Positions 20,983 to 31,742 are shown, counted from the stretch's first letter. The stretch: 64,000 bases of DNA from an uncultured delta proteobacterium (GCA_963745035.1 CAVUVW010000002.1:32001-96000), one strand, 5' to 3'. Translations and numbers: made by a program. Notes: generated from the sequence alone by a model not told the origin.

Positions 20983-21165
20983 GGATGTTACCTCTCGAAT
21001 CAATGCGTGCAGTGATTGTTCGGCTACTTAGTACGGCAAAGCCGCCAAGGTCAAGGCTAACAACGCCAGTGCGTATAAAATTCTCCGCTCCGCTTGTTTC
21101 GCTACGCGATTGCGCAATAATTGACAACGAGAATTCGCCCGCAGGATTTAGCGGAGGGAAATCCT

Positions 21166-21570
21166 ATGATCGATCACACCGGCGTCGTCGTGAGTGATTT
21201 TCCAAAGAGCAAACAATTCTACTCGTCGGCATTGGAGCCGATCGGACTCAAATTGCTGATGGAATTTCCCGCGTCGGTCACCGGCAGCACCGACGTTGCC
21301 GGCTTCGGCGAGCCGGACAGTCTGGCGCAGGGCGTGAGCCCGGAATTCTGGCTTGCGAGCGGAACGCCGGGGTCATGCCCGCTCCACGTCGCTTTTCGTG
21401 TTTCGAGCCGCGGGCTGGTGGACGCTTTTCATACAGCCGCCCTCGCCGCCGGCGGGCGCGACAACGGCGCTCCGGGATTGCGGCCGCATTATCATCCGAA
21501 TTACTACGGCGCGTTTGTTCTCGATCCCGACGGACATAATATCGAAGCCGTGTGCCACGCTCCGGCGTGA
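21166..21570 (+). CDS. VOC family protein
   Basis: MIDH...HVAF...GGRDNGAPGLRPHYHPNYYGAFVLDPDGHNIEAVCH. Confidence 0.9.
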   Translation: MIDHTGVVVSDFPKSKQFYSSALEPIGLKLLMEFPASVTGSTDVAGFGEPDSLAQGVSPEFWLASGTPGSCPLHVAFRVSSRGLVDAFHTAALAAGGRDNGAPGLRPHYHPNYYGAFVLDPDGHNIEAVCHAPA

Positions 21571-21601
21571 GTTGATCGGCAATATTTGATATCCTCAAGG
21601 C

Positions 21602-22046
21602 ATGAACTGGCAGGAAAATATTCTCGAAACCGGCGAGCAGATTCGCGATTTGCTTCTCAACACGAAGCGGATCGCGGTGCTCGGCATCAAGACCGAGGCG
21701 CAGGCCGATCAGCCGTCCGTTTATGTGCCGAAATACATGCAGGACGCCGGCTTCGAAATCGTGCCGGTACCGGTTTACTACCCTGAAGTGACGACGATTC
21801 TCGGTGAGAAGGTTTATCGCAAGCTCGTCGATATTCCCGGCGACATCGACATGGTCGACGTCTTCCGCCGCTCCCAACGACGTCACCGGCCACGTCGACG
21901 ACATCTTGGCCAGCAAGCCGAAATCCGTCTGGCTCCAGTTAGGCATCCGCAACGACGCCGCGGCGGAAATCTTCGCCAAAGCCGGCATCAAAGTGGTGCA
22001 AGACCGCTGACTGATGGTCGATCACCGGCGGTACGCCGGAAAGTGA
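21602..22046 (+). CDS. CoA-binding protein (YccU-like); indel near 21872 and in-frame TGA at 22008, possible Sec
   Basis: IAVLG, IDMVDVFRR, VWLQLGI, VVQDR*LMVDHRR. Confidence 0.85.
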
Positions 22047-22049
22047 AAT

Positions 22050-22077
22050 GTAGGGGCGACCGGCCGGTCGCCCCTAC
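22050..22077. repeat. GTAG-type REP palindrome
   Basis: gtaggggcgaccggccggtcgcccctac. Confidence 0.75.
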
Positions 22078-22938
22078 GCCGCCAGTTTTTTCGCCTTCAA
22101 CTGCCGGGCTATGAATGCTTTGACCATTTCATGGGCCCGATCGGTCTGCGGACCGGGGTCGTCAATCCATAGATGCTCGCAACCGGAGAAAACTTCATAC
22201 TGACACTCGCCGCCCGCCGCCCGGTAGGACTCGGCGAATTTTTGTTGCACTGCCGGCCGCACGTTGTCGTCGAGCTCGCCTTGCATGATCAGCAGCGGCG
22301 GCAAGGTCACCTTCTCGCCGCGTTCGAGAATTTCCTGCGGATTGCCTTCGTGGATGGCTTCCCACGGATCGAAGTACTTTTTGCTGTTCTGCATCATTTC
22401 TTCACGCCCTAGACTTTCCGCGTTCAGATAGCGGGCGTAAGGATCGCTCACCGGCGAGCGGGTCGCGACATAATTCAAGCGTCGCGTCTACGTCGGGCGC
22501 TTCGGCGAGTTTATGCACATTGTAGCGCGGGTCGTCAGGACGCATCGCGCACAACTCGATTTCGTGCCCGCCGCTCGAGCTACCGAGCGCGCCGATGGTT
22601 TCCGGCGCGCCGTTCCACTCGCGCGCGCTATGCTTCAACCAGCGCACGCCGTAGTTGGCGTCCTGCACCGATGCGGGATAGGGCGCCTCCGGCGCTCGCG
22701 TCAAATCGATCGCTACGACCAAGATCCCGCTTCGCGCCAAGCTTTCATCCATCGTCGCATTGGCGTGTCGATCCTTGTTATTCCACGCGCCGCCATGGAG
22801 ATCGAGCAGCACCGGAAACGGCCCGTTGCCCTGCGGCTGATAAATGCGCGCCATCAAAGTGCGTACTGGTGCGCGGCGAAACTCAGTGTCCGAAACTTTG
22901 ATCTCGAACTTGTTGGCCGGATTGTATGTAACGCTCAT
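22074..22938 (-). CDS. Alpha/beta hydrolase, HSL-like (frameshift near 22476)
   Basis: HGGAW, GSSSGG, QGELDD and catalytic His (GCEH). Confidence 0.85.
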
Positions 22939-22992
22939 CGCGTAGCCTCCTTAAATATCCACCGCAAAGACGCGGAGTTCGCAGAGATTCGT

Positions 22993-23409
22993 CTAAAATT
23001 TATTTACGATTCGCTTTATACCATTTCTTAACATCGAGACGTTGAAATTTATTAGAAGCCCGATGGTCCACCCGCCTAGTTTCAGATAGGTCAGCAATTG
23101 GGCCTGGTGGATCGCCTCTAAGCCCTCCACGGCTTTGACTTCCAGAACCACATCTCTTTTCAACCAGGAAGTCGAGTCGATAACCGCAGTCGAGAGGTAA
23201 CGATTTATATACTAACGGGAAGCGGCACTTGGCGCTCGAAGCGCATATTGGCCGAATGAAAATTCATGGGCTAGGCAATTTTCGTAGGCGGACTCGAGCA
23301 ACCCGGGACCGAGAGCCCTGTGAACCTCCATGGCTGCACCGATAATCTTCGCCGTCAACTCGTTTAGAACCAACTCCTCTGCGTTCTCTGCGCCTCCGCG
23401 GTCATCCAC
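22993..23409 (-). CDS. GxxExxY protein (frameshifted), flanked by inverted 9-mer arrays
   Basis: [36 protein letters not shown] and [10 protein letters not shown]...GLLINFN read across frames. Confidence 0.85.
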
Positions 23410-23422
23410 TCGGCCCCCATCT

Positions 23423-23984
23423 TCAAGGCATGTTATTGCCGACGATCCAGATATACAGCGTGCGCGATTCGGCGTAGTCCGAGCCGTCACTGGGTGCTTT
23501 TACGTATTCGATCTTGGTGGGCTTCCAGTCGTCGATGTCGAAATCGTGAGCGATGACCCGCGATCCCGGTTTGAGCTTCTGCAGCTTTGGCTTGAGCGCG
23601 TTGTTGAACCACTTGAACATATAGAGCGTCACCACCGTCGCCTCGGAAATATCGACGGTGAGACCGTCCTGGGCGCGAAACTCGACCAGATGGCTGACCC
23701 CTTCGTTTTTTGCGCTCTGTCGCGCTTTCTCCACCAGCTCTGCATTCAGATCGATGCCGACGCCGCGGATGCCGTACTTTTTCGCCGCTTCGATCACGAT
23801 CCGCCCATCGCCGCTACCCATGTCATAAAGAATGTCGCCATTTTTGATTTCAGCAAGCTCAATCATTCGTTGCACCACATGCGGCGGCGACGGCACGAAC
23901 GGAATCGTCTCCTGCGCGGGAGCGGATTTTGCCAGGCTGACCAAAGAAAATGCGACTAACAACACCGCACAATGTCTTCACCAT
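23423..23984 (-). CDS. Class I SAM-dependent methyltransferase with N-terminal signal-like segment
   Basis: [17 protein letters not shown] and ATVVTLY motifs. Confidence 0.8.
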
Positions 23985-24156
23985 AAGAATCCTCCGGATG
24001 CTTTTAAAAAATCTCCCCGAGAAAATCACATGCCGCCCGCCGTTGTCAATGCCGATCGGCTTTGAACCGACTTGCCTTTGCTTGCGCCGCATGGTCTGTG
24101 CAAATCCTTTCGGGTGTGGTACTAGCAGCCGAGATCACGGAGAAAGGAGTCGGTCG

Positions 24157-25174
24157 ATGCTTTCGATGCTGCGCCTATTATTGTGCTCGGGTTTGCTGAT
24201 CGCTGCTTCTCTGCTGCCGACTAAAGCGCAGGCCGCGGGACCGCTGCTGATCGCTTACGGCGGGCACAACGAAACCATGGCGCCGCTGTGGGTCGGCATC
24301 GAGAAGGGCTTATTTCGCAAGCACGGCGTCGATCCGCGCGTGCTGCAGACGCGCAGCGGGCCGATCATGATGTCCACTCTGGCCTCGGGCGGCGTACCGC
24401 TGGTGTGGGCCGCGCCAAGCAGTGCGCTCAACTCGTCGGTCAGCGGCTTCAAGCTCACCTGCTTCGCCGCCGGCAACAATCGCATTCCGCGCGAGCTGAT
24501 CGTCCGCAAGGGCATCGAGTCGCTGGAGGATCTGCGCGGCAAGAGCTTTGGCGTGCAAAGCATCGGCGGCGGCTTCTGGCTGTCGACGATGGGAGCGCTG
24601 GAAGCGCTCAAGATCGATCCGGACAAATACAAGCTCAACATGCGCGTGCTTGGCGACACCGGCACCGTGACCCAAGCTCTGATCACCGGCAACGTCGACG
24701 CCATGGTGGTGCCCTACAGCTACGCCGACATGGCGAAGCGCGCCGGCGCCCGCTCCCTGGCGGATGTCGGCACCGTCAATGTGGTTTTTCAACTGACGGT
24801 CATGTGCGCGCCAAAGGATTCCACCGCGGTCAATCATGAAACCATGGTCGGTCTCGCCAAAGGCATCGTCGAATCCCTGGTGTTCATTCTCGATCCGGCC
24901 AACAAGCGCGACGTTGCCGAAACCCTCAAGAAAAATCTCCGGTTGACGAAAGACGAAGACATCGAGGCGGCTTACAAAGTCTCCCGCTTGCAGATGCCCA
25001 ACCTCGACATCGCGCCCAACCTCGAGGCCTGGCGACTCTTCAAGCGGCTGCTCGTCCGCGTCAACCCGAAAGTTCAGGAAGCCGACTTGGAGCAGATCAT
25101 TACCAGCAGCGTGGTGCAGAATCTGGAAGCCAGCGGCTTCTTGCCCGAAATGCGCAAAAAAGATTTCCCGCTAA
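24157..25174 (+). CDS. NMT1/SsuA-like ABC substrate-binding protein
   Basis: Signal peptide, DLRGKSFGV; stop is out of frame by one base in an A-run. Confidence 0.8.
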
Positions 25175-25191
25175 ACCAAAAGGAGAACAAC

Positions 25192-26905
25192 ATGCGTGGC
25201 GGACAAGCGATGCTAAAAGTGATGCAGCGAAGTGGAATCGACTTTATTCTTTCTTCTCCCGGCTCGGAGTGGCCGCCGGTGTGGGAAGCGCTCGCCGAGC
25301 AATCGGCGCAGGGCATCAAAAAACCCGGCTACGTGAACTGCCGCCACGAGGCCGTCGCCGTCGCGATGGCGGCGGGCTATACGAAAGTCACCGGACGGCC
25401 GCAGGTGGTGATGCTCCATGCCACCGCCGGACCCCTCAACGCCGCCATGACTTTGCGCGCGGCGCTGCATGAGCGCACGCCGATGGTGATCATCAGCGGC
25501 GAGATCTCCGCCTACGGCGAAAATACCCGCGTCGCCGATCCCGGCGGCCAGTGGCTGCACGATTTGACCGATCTCGGCGGCTCGCCCGATCTCTTGCGCG
25601 GATGCGTCAAGTGGGCCGACCGCGTGATGGCGCGCCGAGCTGCTCGGGCCGACCATCGAACGCGCCGTGCAGATCGCCCTCGAACCGCCGGCCGGTCCGG
25701 TGCTGATCGGCATTCCGTTCGAGTGCATGATGGAAGAAGTAAATTTGCCGGAGCATGGCCGCTCCAATGAAGTCGTCCGGCCCGACGCCGTCGATGACGC
25801 AGCCGTGGACAAGGCGCTCAATTGGATCGCCGAGGCAAAAAATCCCGTGGCGGTCACGGAGCACGCCGGCGGCGATCCGCGCGCGGTGGAGCGCCTGGTC
25901 GAGCTCTGCGAGCTGCTCTCGATTCCGGTGATGGAGACTTACCGGCCGGCATTCGTCAATTTTCCCAGAAGCCATCCCCTCTATCAGCATCACGATCCTA
26001 AAGTCGTCGACGCTGCCGATCTGGTGCTCATGGTCGACGCGGTCACGCCGTGGTATCCCGCCAGCAAGGGGCCCAAGAACGCGAAGGTGATTTCCATCGC
26101 CGAGGAATTTCCCAATTCGCGACTGCCCTACTGGGGCTACAACGTCGATCTCGCCCTGGTCGCGCCGCCGGCAGCGACTCTGGAGAAGATTCTCAAGAAG
26201 GCGCGCTCATCCGAGCGCATCGCCGCCAACCGCGCCAGCTACGAGCAGCGCCTGGCGCGCAGCCGCGAGCAGCACGACAGCTATTTCGGCAAGCTCAAAG
26301 AGGAAGCCAAAAAACATGCGACCGAGACGCCCATCGATCCGCGCTGGCTGTGCAACGCCCTCAGCGAAACCCTGCCCGAGAACGCGGTGATCTCCGAAGA
26401 GACCACGGTCTATCGTTCGTTGATTCAAGAAGCGATCCCGCGCGACAAACCGCAGTCGTACTTCGCGCGCATCACCGGCGGCCTGGGCGTCGGCTTGAGC
26501 TACGCGCTCGGCGTGAAGCTCGCCATGCCCGAGCGACCGGTCTTCGCGCTCATCGGCGACGGCGCGTTTCATTACAACGCTGTGCCCTCGTGCCTCGGCG
26601 TGGCCGAAGAGTACAACTTGCCGATTCACGTCGTCGTCTTCAACAACGGCCGCTATCTTTCGATGGAGACGAGCCTGATCAAATATTTTCCCGACGGCGC
26701 CGCGAAAAACACCGGCGTTCACTACGGCGCCGAGATCGGCCCGCGGCCGGACTATCAATATTACGGCAAAGCCCACGGCGGCTACGGCTACCGGGTGAGC
26801 GAACCGGGGCAAATCAAGCCAGCGATCGAGAACGCCTTGAAACACGAGGCGGAAAAAAAGCTTACCGTGATCGATGTCGTTCTGAGCGATTTTAATCCGC
26901 GGTGA
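25192..26905 (+). CDS. Thiamine-diphosphate-binding enzyme, acetolactate synthase/decarboxylase-like (frameshift near 25630)
   Basis: SPGSEW, RHE and GDGAF...NN motifs; AGGAG RBS. Confidence 0.85.
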
Positions 26906-26992
26906 TGTGCAACTTACAACTGCCTGACTGGGGACACTTGAATGCCATTCCAAAATCAATCGTGACTAGGAACTAAATCTGCCTGTAAACGC

Positions 26993-27075
26993 CAACAAAA
27001 CCAAGCCCCAAGCGCTGCCTCAATATGGCAGTTCTTGGGGCTTGTTGTTTCAGGTACGCGGACAAAAGACGGACA
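26993..27075. repeat. 83-bp structured direct repeat, copy 1
   Basis: 78/83 identical to 28122-28204 by manual alignment; contains a long hairpin. Confidence 0.9.
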
Positions 27076-27125
27076 GCATTGAGACAAGCGGCGGTTAAGT
27101 CCACAAGGCATTATCGCATTGGTTC

Positions 27126-27650
27126 CTATCGATTGCTTCTCGGTCGTATTGCCTCATCTCTTCCTCGTATCTTCTCGATGACGGTCTTTACCATTGGGAG
27201 TACATTCTGCAAGACGAAGCATTTACATTCTTCATTGTCGAGTTCAACGCCGTAATAATCGTTGAACTTGTGGGTTGTCTCAATCACACGAGGCATTTTC
27301 GTCGAATAATCCAAGCCCCATGAATGCCGATACCACGCACCCGGAAGTGAAGGTGAAGGTGCGGTATAGCCGAACCCTGTGCCTATCAAGCCTTTCTGCA
27401 TGATCCATATACAGCTCGCGTTTTGATGGCATCGTTTGTGACTGCCTCGGAAATTTTTAAGCCTGTATCTGGAGAAAAGCTGGCCTCGGTCTATCAAATG
27501 ACCGAGCCAAGGCTCGTCCGATGGAGTACGCAAAAGCAGAACACTACCGGGATGGATCGCCTGCAAAGTTTGAAGGAGGCTCTTGTACTGCTGATTTTTC
27601 GCTGCTTGGTTTTGGTTAACTTTGTTCCAGAAATCAATTGTTAAAGACAT
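27126..27650 (-). CDS. Hypothetical protein with CHxN...HSW motifs
   Basis: Open AT-rich frame; RCHQNAS, WYRHSWG, VIETT..YYGV. Confidence 0.6.
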   Translation of the reverse strand: MSLTIDFWNKVNQNQAAKNQQYKSLLQTLQAIHPGSVLLLRTPSDEPWLGHLIDRGQLFSRYRLKNFRGSHKRCHQNASCIWIMQKGLIGTGFGYTAPSPSLPGAWYRHSWGLDYSTKMPRVIETTHKFNDYYGVELDNEECKCFVLQNVLPMVKTVIEKIRGRDEAIRPRSNR

Positions 27651-28121
27651 AATCCCATTTAAGATCATTTCCCTAATAATTGATATTAGCGGCACGGCAG
27701 TTCATTGGATGAAAAATTCTTTTGCAGTTCTGCAAGACTTGCTGGCAAATATGAGCACGGCTGATCAAGAGTGAATCCGACAGAGATCAAGCAAATTCTG
27801 AAGCCATTCGACGGACCGGCGGCCTTCATTGAGCCCATGCAGGTCATGCCTGTTCGGGCGCTAACAGACGGCGGAAACTGGACCTCGAGCACGAAGAACT
27901 GGAAAAACGTCTAGAAGCATTGGAAAACTGGTTTAAACAGCAAGAAAGAAATGCCAGGTGAATAATCTTGGCCGACGAATCGACCGTCTGGAGGAAAAAA
28001 ACCGGAACAAACCGCGAGCCACGTGTCATTATCCGGGACGGTCCATTTACGGACGAAGAGACCGCGAGCTTAGAGGAAACGTAAGGGGTGAGCGGTGAAT
28101 GCTAAAACAGCGGTCAAAGCA

Positions 28122-28204
28122 CAACAAAACCCAGCCCCAAGCGCTGCCTCAATATGGCAGTTCTTGGGGCTTGTTGTTTCAGGTCCACGGACAAGAGGCG
28201 GACA
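28122..28204. repeat. 83-bp structured direct repeat, copy 2
   Basis: See copy 1. Confidence 0.9.
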
Positions 28205-28596
28205 AATCTTTCGCCGAGATTAAGCTGTACTCGGGTAACCACTTGAGCTCGGCGGCCTGAGTATCTGGCTATGGAGCTTTCCCTTATTCGGCGGCTCACG
28301 GACTCCCAACCGCAGCTCGGCACCTGCGTGCCGCTCGCAGCTGGCGCTCAACCAGCTGTGTCCAGCTTTACTGCGCGGCGAAGAGTGGGCCAGCCGTCCA
28401 GTTGTTTGTCAATCAAACATCAATAAGCGTCGCACAACATCTGTTTTTCGACATAAAGGTTCTCACAGTTCGGCAACGCGGTAGGGATAAACGGCCGTTC
28501 CCACCTCGATCTTTTAAACTTTGTGTCTAATACTGAACAGTAATTCGTGAGGCGAATGATTAAAGTCTTATATCTAGTGCAAAGGGGAATAATAAA

Positions 28597-28722
28597 ATGA
28601 GCAAACAACATCGCATACGAAAGAAGCGAATACGCAACAGGGCCGCACTCAAACGCAAGACCATAACAGAAAGAGCGGCAAAGAAACTACGTGCAGTTGG
28701 TACGCCGAGAAAGTCCGCTTAG
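28597..28722 (+). CDS. Small, very basic protein (41 aa)
   Basis: MSKQHRIRKKRIRNRAALKRKTITERAAKKLRAVGTPRKSA; AAGGGG RBS; followed by a terminator. Confidence 0.55.
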   Translation: MSKQHRIRKKRIRNRAALKRKTITERAAKKLRAVGTPRKSA

Positions 28723-28745
28723 ACAATCCGAACTGTTGTCCGACA

Positions 28746-28775
28746 GAAAAGGTCAAGTCGAAAAGGCTTGGCCCT
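28746..28775 (+). terminator. Intrinsic terminator split by the IS4 (U-tract now at 30183-30188)
   Basis: Empty site reads aaaaggtcaagtc-gaaaa-ggcttggccc-tttttt. Confidence 0.6.
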
Positions 28776-30173
28776 CACTGCTGTCCAAAATAATTTGAGT
28801 TGGTGTACCTCCGTCTCGCAAAATCAAACGTTTAGGACGGGGCAAGTCACAGTTCGACATTGAGGTTGTTAGTGTGTTGCTGTCCAACATTTCTATCCCA
28901 AGAGCATGAGCTGTTCGCCGTGGGGAGCCGCGATTGGAATTTCAAACGGGGCATCGAGCCACGCCCATAAATCACGGTAGCTCAATAGATTAAACCGCAG
29001 CATGGCCGCCAGATTAGACAGACTCCACGCCCAAGTGGATTTGAGCCACAAGAATTTCAACAGCAACATGGCGATTAATGCTGTCCAGATCTGCACGTTG
29101 ACGGCGTTTTCGCTGGTTCCCACAAAGGTCTTGATCTTTAGGTTTTGCTTGAGCGCTTTAAAAAACAACTCGATCTGCCAGCGATCTTTGTAGATCGCCC
29201 CAATGGTGCTTGCCGCGAGATGAAAAATATTAGTGAGAAACACCAACTCGCGCTCATGTTCAGCATCCCACACCGTCACCTGGCGCAACAAGCTCGAGCA
29301 GCGCTTGCGCGCATACCCGCTGCTCAACTCAATGGTTTCATCGCTCCTGACATTACCCCGCGTCGGCACGGTGTGGTGCTCGACTACCTCGTAAATCATG
29401 TTGGTGCGCGACCGCGTCACAAAATAAATCCCGGACTTAGTCCAGCGTTCATAAAGCGTGTAGTCAAGATACCCTCTGTCTAGGGCCACAATCGTACCTG
29501 GAGCAAAGTTCAGTTTCTGAGCAATCCGTACATCGTTGGTGTCTCCGTCGGTCACCAGCGCCCAGCAAGGTAAACAACCCTGATGGTCCAACTGCAAGTG
29601 CAATTTGACGGCGCCCTTGGTCCGTTGAAACCGCGCCCAGTCAAACACCTTAACGCACAGCTCAATGATGGAAGTATCCAGACTGCGAAGTGGATGCTTG
29701 AATCGAAAGCGACGCTTTTTGGTCGCGGCCAATGCCTGACACCTCTTGAGCAAATCTTCGAACACGCTCTGATAAAGTTGCCAAGGCCGATGAGTATTGG
29801 CATAAGCCAGAGTCGAGCGAGTCGGCGCTTGGCGTAAACCCAAGTGCACCAGCTTCCCCATGGCGGTGGCCAATCCCCCACAGATCTCCCGCAGAGAATT
29901 GGCTCCGCCCATCTGACAGAACACCATCGCCACAAATTGATCCCAACAGCTGAAGCCTTTGGCCCCACGCTCGGCCTGATGTTGGCGGACCGCTCGCGCA
30001 AAGCCGGCCCGATCTACTAATGATAACAATTGCGAAAAACAACTGGCTACGGGTATCATAGATTTACCTCCGACTTGTGAGTAAGACGGCGCAGTCACGC
30101 CGCTGGTGAGATTTGCTTCCCACTATCTTACTCCTGTCGGAGGTTTTTCTGAAAACTATCTTGGACAAGTGTG
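28776..30173 (-). mobile_element. IS4-family insertion sequence with 10-bp TSD
   Basis: Imperfect TIRs cactgctgtccaaaataatt / aactatcttggacaagtgtg; TSD gcttggccct at 28766-28775 and 30174-30183. Confidence 0.9.
28893..30059 (-). CDS. IS4-family DDE transposase
   Basis: SLDTS, ALDRGY and YKDRWQIELFFKALKQ (YREK) motifs. Confidence 0.95.
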   Translation of the reverse strand: MIPVASCFSQLLSLVDRAGFARAVRQHQAERGAKGFSCWDQFVAMVFCQMGGANSLREICGGLATAMGKLVHLGLRQAPTRSTLAYANTHRPWQLYQSVFEDLLKRCQALAATKKRRFRFKHPLRSLDTSIIELCVKVFDWARFQRTKGAVKLHLQLDHQGCLPCWALVTDGDTNDVRIAQKLNFAPGTIVALDRGYLDYTLYERWTKSGIYFVTRSRTNMIYEVVEHHTVPTRGNVRSDETIELSSGYARKRCSSLLRQVTVWDAEHERELVFLTNIFHLAASTIGAIYKDRWQIELFFKALKQNLKIKTFVGTSENAVNVQIWTALIAMLLLKFLWLKSTWAWSLSNLAAMLRFNLLSYRDLWAWLDAPFEIPIAAPHGEQLMLLG

Positions 30174-30568
30174 GCTTGGCCCTTTTTTATTGTTCACCAG
30201 CCAGCCAAGCTCGGAAGAGGTGTTAACGCGTCGTTCAATTCAATCTCAGACTATATCCAAACTTCCCTGACGAATACTTTTCGTCTTGTGTCCTTGTAAA
30301 TTACATTCCATTGCGTGGCCGTAAGTAACGAGTTCTACGGTGTCTGCCATAAATAAAGTTGCTGTTTCAGCAATCTTGAGTGCAGCAGTAATATTCGTGA
30401 TAGCTAACCACAACAGCTAGGGATAGTTCACCTCAAGCCCACCGATAACTTTTACTTCGACAGCCAGGGTAACCTTTGTATACACCGTGAGATACGGAAG
30501 TATACAGTGCGATTCAATCGAGATTGCGTTGATGGAGAATTCAATTCAATCCTGCGATTGCCGCGTGG

Positions 30569-31552
30569 TTATTTGATTACCTTGTCCGCCCGCGCCATCA
30601 CTTTTTGTGGAATCGTCAGACCGATCTGCTTTGCGGTTTTCAGATTGATCACCAGCTCGAACTTCGTTGGCTGCTCGACGGGAAGGTCGGCGGGCTTCGC
30701 ACCTTTCAGGATCTTGTCAACGTATGTAGCAGCGCGGCGGTACAAGTCGTTTCGGTCTGGTCCGTAGCTCATCAAGCAACCGCCCTCGGTCCAACTTGGA
30801 GCATCGCAGATCGACGGGAGTCGATTTTCGGCAGCTAGTTCAAAAAGTTGTTTTCGGTGAACGCCGAGAAAGGGTCCTTGGATGAATATCACCGCTCCGG
30901 CGCGGTCTTTTCTCATTGCCGCGTAGGCGTTTTGAAACTCATCAGGTGATTGAACCGGCAAGGACTGTAAGTGCACCCGCATCGCCAAAGCCGCAATTTC
31001 TGTCTCTTTGACTTCCTTTTCATCGTTCGGATTTCGATGCCAAATCACAGCAAACCGTGTCGCATTAGGAACGCTCTCCTTCAGGATTTCCAATCGCTTT
31101 CCGCTGAGATCCGGTGAGATCGACGTCAGACCAGTTATGTTAGCACCCGGTCGCGCCAGGCTAGCAACGATTGCCTCCCTGACAAGATCGCCCGCGCTTC
31201 CGACAACGATTGGAACCTCGGTTGTTGCCTGCTTCGCAGCTTTAGTGGCCGCAGTGCCCGTTGTTACCATCACCGCTACTTTCAATCGAACCAGCTCTGC
31301 GGCCAAGTCCGGGAGGCGCTCGAATTTTCCCTCCCCGTACCGGTATAGGATTTCGATATTCTTTCCTTCAACATAGCCCAGAGCGATCAACCCCTTGCGA
31401 AACGCTTCACGATTGCCAGATATGGAGGAACCTACGCCACCCGCCAACCAACCGATTGGTACCACTTTCTTTGCCTGCTGCGCGTCGGCTAGGACTGCAA
31501 CGGCAAGCAACACCACTGCTATCAAGACTGGTGACAGACCAATTTTCTTCAT
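30569..31552 (-). CDS. ABC_sub_bind (PF04392-type) substrate-binding protein
   Basis: LGYVEGKNI, SLARPGANITG and [32 protein letters not shown] motifs. Confidence 0.9.
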   Translation of the reverse strand: MKKIGLSPVLIAVVLLAVAVLADAQQAKKVVPIGWLAGGVGSSISGNREAFRKGLIALGYVEGKNIEILYRYGEGKFERLPDLAAELVRLKVAVMVTTGTAATKAAKQATTEVPIVVGSAGDLVREAIVASLARPGANITGLTSISPDLSGKRLEILKESVPNATRFAVIWHRNPNDEKEVKETEIAALAMRVHLQSLPVQSPDEFQNAYAAMRKDRAGAVIFIQGPFLGVHRKQLFELAAENRLPSICDAPSWTEGGCLMSYGPDRNDLYRRAATYVDKILKGAKPADLPVEQPTKFELVINLKTAKQIGLTIPQKVMARADKVIK

Positions 31553-31742
31553 TGCGCACCTCGTTCTTGCGGGTTTTATCACGGATACGGAAGCTGAGAA
31601 AAGTGTTGTTTACGACAGAAGGAAAACCAGATTCATCGAGGGGAAAAGGCTAATTTGACGTAGGATTGAACTGAACGACGCTTCAGTTCGATTACCAATG
31701 CCGGGAAGACTGGATTGATGGAGAATTCATTCAATCCTGACC

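Noticed and set aside
23950-25770. Apparent SBP-ThDP enzyme fusion (606-aa ORF)
   Set aside because: One extra A in the run near 25156-25161 bypasses TAA at 25172; the ThDP gene has its own AGGAG RBS and ATG at 25192
26960-26994. tRNA 3' end (…acgcca) as an island attachment site
   Set aside because: No T-arm (GTTCRA) or cloverleaf upstream
27700-28100. Intact prophage genes
   Set aside because: Only short broken frames with coiled-coil-like remnants; no structural, terminase or integrase gene
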